Assembly: GCA_013239625.1 (NCBI GenBank)
Contig: MU054400.1
Span: 4,341,802 to 4,405,801 of the forward strand
DNA from: Lama guanicoe
Taxonomy: Eukaryota
DNA: 64,000 nt
Reading direction: 5' to 3'
A program made the translations under genes and the position numbers. How positions within the stretch are numbered: the stretch's first letter is position 1; each line of letters begins with the position of its first letter. The notes beneath the pieces were generated by a model. It saw only the letters and a program-made list of their open reading frames with translations. It searched no databases and was not told where the DNA came from. Positions 61,271-64,000 of the stretch are shown one piece after another.

Positions 61271-63639
61271 TGAAGTTTTCATTAAATGCATACTGACAAT
61301 GATTAACTGAAGCCATCATCTGACACCTGTAATCCTTACACTCAAATCAGCAAATTTGTCTTTAATTGTTGTTCTAGAAGAAGGGCAGTTATGATGAAAA
61401 ATATCTGAACACCAAAGCCATTTATCCAAGAAATGGGCTTCAATTGCAAAAGTGAATGATCAGCACTTAAACAAAATCCCCCAAACTATTAAATCCCTGT
61501 GCACAATGCCATTACCTTCAGGAACTCATAAAAGGAAATGTCCTTAATTAAAAGTGTGATTTTTTTGTGTGTGGCTCTGGGGACTTTTAAATGTCTGGGG
61601 TATAAATAAACCACATTTGTAGTTGGGTTTTTTTTTTTATTATTTGAAGGTGCACCTTTGCTTCTCCATTCAGTTCCCAGCCCTTCTCCAGGTTCCATTG
61701 GTGCTCAGCTACCTAAGAATCCAGGTCTGTCACAGGATGAGAGAGAACGGCTGCCCATGCATTTTTGCTGACAGCTGTGTCCCCAGGCTGTTTGTGACTT
61801 ATCTTCCATGAAATGTCTGTGGATGTAAAAGCCCATGTAAAAAGGAGTAAGTGGGAGTAACCGGAGATTCGTAACTACCAGGCACTTATTGGCTGCATTA
61901 AGTGGAGGAAATACAGCGGGAGCCGTGTGAGGGGAACGCATGGTCCGGGCTTTGGGCTGGACAGCTTGAGGTGAGCAGAGCGACACCAGATGGAAACTGA
62001 CATGGTTCCCAGGATGAAAAACAGAGTTCGGTGGAGAACGCTCCCCCAGCCTCCCTCCACTCTCCTGGCTTCTGCAGGTAGATTCTACAGTATTTGAACA
62101 AAGACCCTAAATGAAAAAAATAGGCATCAAAATGCTAAATTTATAAAGTTTTCATTTGATACCTCTTACTTTTGTGAAAACATCTATCTAGTTAGGTTTG
62201 CAAACAAATTATAATCCGGGAATCCGAGTGAAGTCACAAGAAACCACAGGGACAGCCTGTCAATCAGGGATGATCCTGGGCCAGCCCGGAAGCAGCCCCT
62301 GGAATCCCAGTGAGGCGTGTGTTTGTCTCTTTCTGGAGAAGCAATGAGTTTCCTTATTTGGGCATTTCCTTAAACTGGTTACAGAATTCATTAGTGTCAA
62401 ACTCGGATTTAAAAAAAAAAATCATAAAGCAAGAAATAACATTATTTAAGGAATTTAGCCAAAATATAAATCTCTAGAATGGATAGTCTATTTGTTCAAA
62501 TAACAGAACCCATCCAATTGTATGATGAAAATTGCTCCCTGCTTACCGCATCCTGGATTTTGGAGCCTTAGAAATGCTTCTCGAGGGATTTCAAAACGTG
62601 ACACAGCTGCATGCACAAATCAGCGCATCAAGCACATGGCAAATCTGGGGCATTTGTGGGATATTCTGAACAAGAATTGAACACTGTGTGTGAATTATTT
62701 CTGTAATTTCTCCCTCCAAGGTGGAGGGAGCTGGGGGAAACGCCCCCTTCCCACTTCCTTCCTAAGGATATCTCCTTTCCGTGCGCGTTCTCTGGCCAGG
62801 ATTTGACAACGACCCGCTTTCAGCTCACGTGCTTTCTCTCTGGAACATGAGCTCTGCCACAAACCATCTGATGTGACTCAGACAGAGGGCCGTCCAGTTA
62901 GAGATTTCAAGGATCATGAGCTAAATGAAGGCTCTGAGTTCCAAACCCTGTAATAAAATTACCATATTTAGAAAAGAAAGCCTAAATTTCCTGTCTTTCC
63001 TAAATGAATAATACAATAAACTTTTTTTCAGTCTTTCATATTTCCTTGCTGTGTAATCATTTGCTTTCCCAAACTTTAAACCAGAACCAAATATTCCTTC
63101 ATTCCTGATCTTGCCAGCTAGGACCACCTTACTCAAACCTTCCCAATGCTTCCTGAAAAAAATAAATAAATAAAAGTACCCAATGTGAGGCAAGAAAAAT
63201 CAGTAGCTTTGAACGTGAAAAGTTGCAGACGTCTGAGTCTGATGAGTGCTCGGTGGGCTCTGCATTGCACTTGGAAGTTCCATTTCCATTCAGTGAGCGG
63301 TGAATGCATGGTACTGGGGGTCCTGGGACGTCTGAAAAGCAATACTGCCCATCTCTTCCTCCATTCAGTGCCCACGGTCATGTGACTTTAAACACACTAG
63401 GAGGAAAGAAGTCTAGCAGAGAAAGGAGAGGAGCTTAATCGAGAAAGAGACCAGGGGAGTCTGTCACAGGCAAGAAGGAAAAAATTCATATTTTTAAAAA
63501 ATGATTTATTATTCAAATTATACTCCTTTGCTTTTTAAGAGCGGCCAGGAAAATGAAGTTATTGGTACATTAAATTTTTCCTCTCTGCTGTCATTCCGAT
63601 TTAATTATTGCTCAGACCTCTGTAATGGAAACCATGAGG

Positions 63640-63835
63640 GGCTCAGAGCAGGGTTTCCAGCTTGGAACTTTCTAAATCTGTCCCCGGACAGATGATGGAG
63701 CTGGGACAAGTGACCGTGACCCTCAGAGAGGTGGTTTCTTTATCTAAAACAAGGGATGTTTAATTGCTACATGACAGTGCGGATAAGAAGATGGAATAAA
63801 GTTATAAATGGAACACCAAGTTAATGCAGCTTGTT
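63640..63835 (+). mobile_element. MIR
   Basis: CTGGGACAAGTGAC...TTTCTTTATCTAAAACAAGGGAT. Confidence 0.65.
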
Positions 63836-64000
63836 AGCTGAGTCCACATTTAATGATCATGTTTTTGAAACTTGATGGTAAGAGAAGGTTCTATTACCTA
63901 CACAGCCCTGAAGCTCAGAGTTGAACTGTTTGAGGTGAACTGATGTGGATTTGAGGAGAAAAGACACTGGCTGGCATCACATCCAAGCTTTGACTGATCT

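Noticed and set aside
62710..62730. 9-bp hairpin CTCCCTCCA-AGG-TGGAGGGAG
   Set aside because: Too short for a miRNA precursor and made of low-complexity sequence.

Overview
64 kb of mammalian non-coding DNA, most likely from a camelid (alpaca/camel lineage). This inference rests on four copies of a tRNA-derived SINE of the vic-1 type (head GGGGAGGGTATAGCTCAGTGGTAGAG...) and about ten lineage-type L1 3' ends. I find no credible protein-coding exon, RNA gene, CRISPR array or prokaryote-like system. The ORF track is chance ORFs, apart from one L1 ORF2 C-terminal fragment (40762-40977). A large share of the window is transposable-element debris: MIR, L2, old and young L1, MaLR/ERV solo LTRs, and hAT and Tc1/mariner MITEs. 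Unique blocks between them look like enhancers. Young L1s lie in both orientations, so there is no strand bias pointing to a host gene. The most unusual signals are: (i) a 236-bp fold-back element of eight self-palindromic units inserted in an L2 (55431-55666); (ii) five CTAG-centred palindromes phased at 10/11/10/11 bp, forming HSE/STAT/BCL6-type sites between two AP-1 sites (25264-25315); (iii) a tail-less internal L1 ORF2 piece that ends almost where a nearby opposite-strand L1 begins; (iv) atypical retrotransposition scars; (v) an orphan CpG-island-like block with E2F and GC-box motifs. None of these amounts to a demonstrated new biological system. Repeat family names are from memory of consensus sequences, not from a search, and boundaries of old repeats are approximate.
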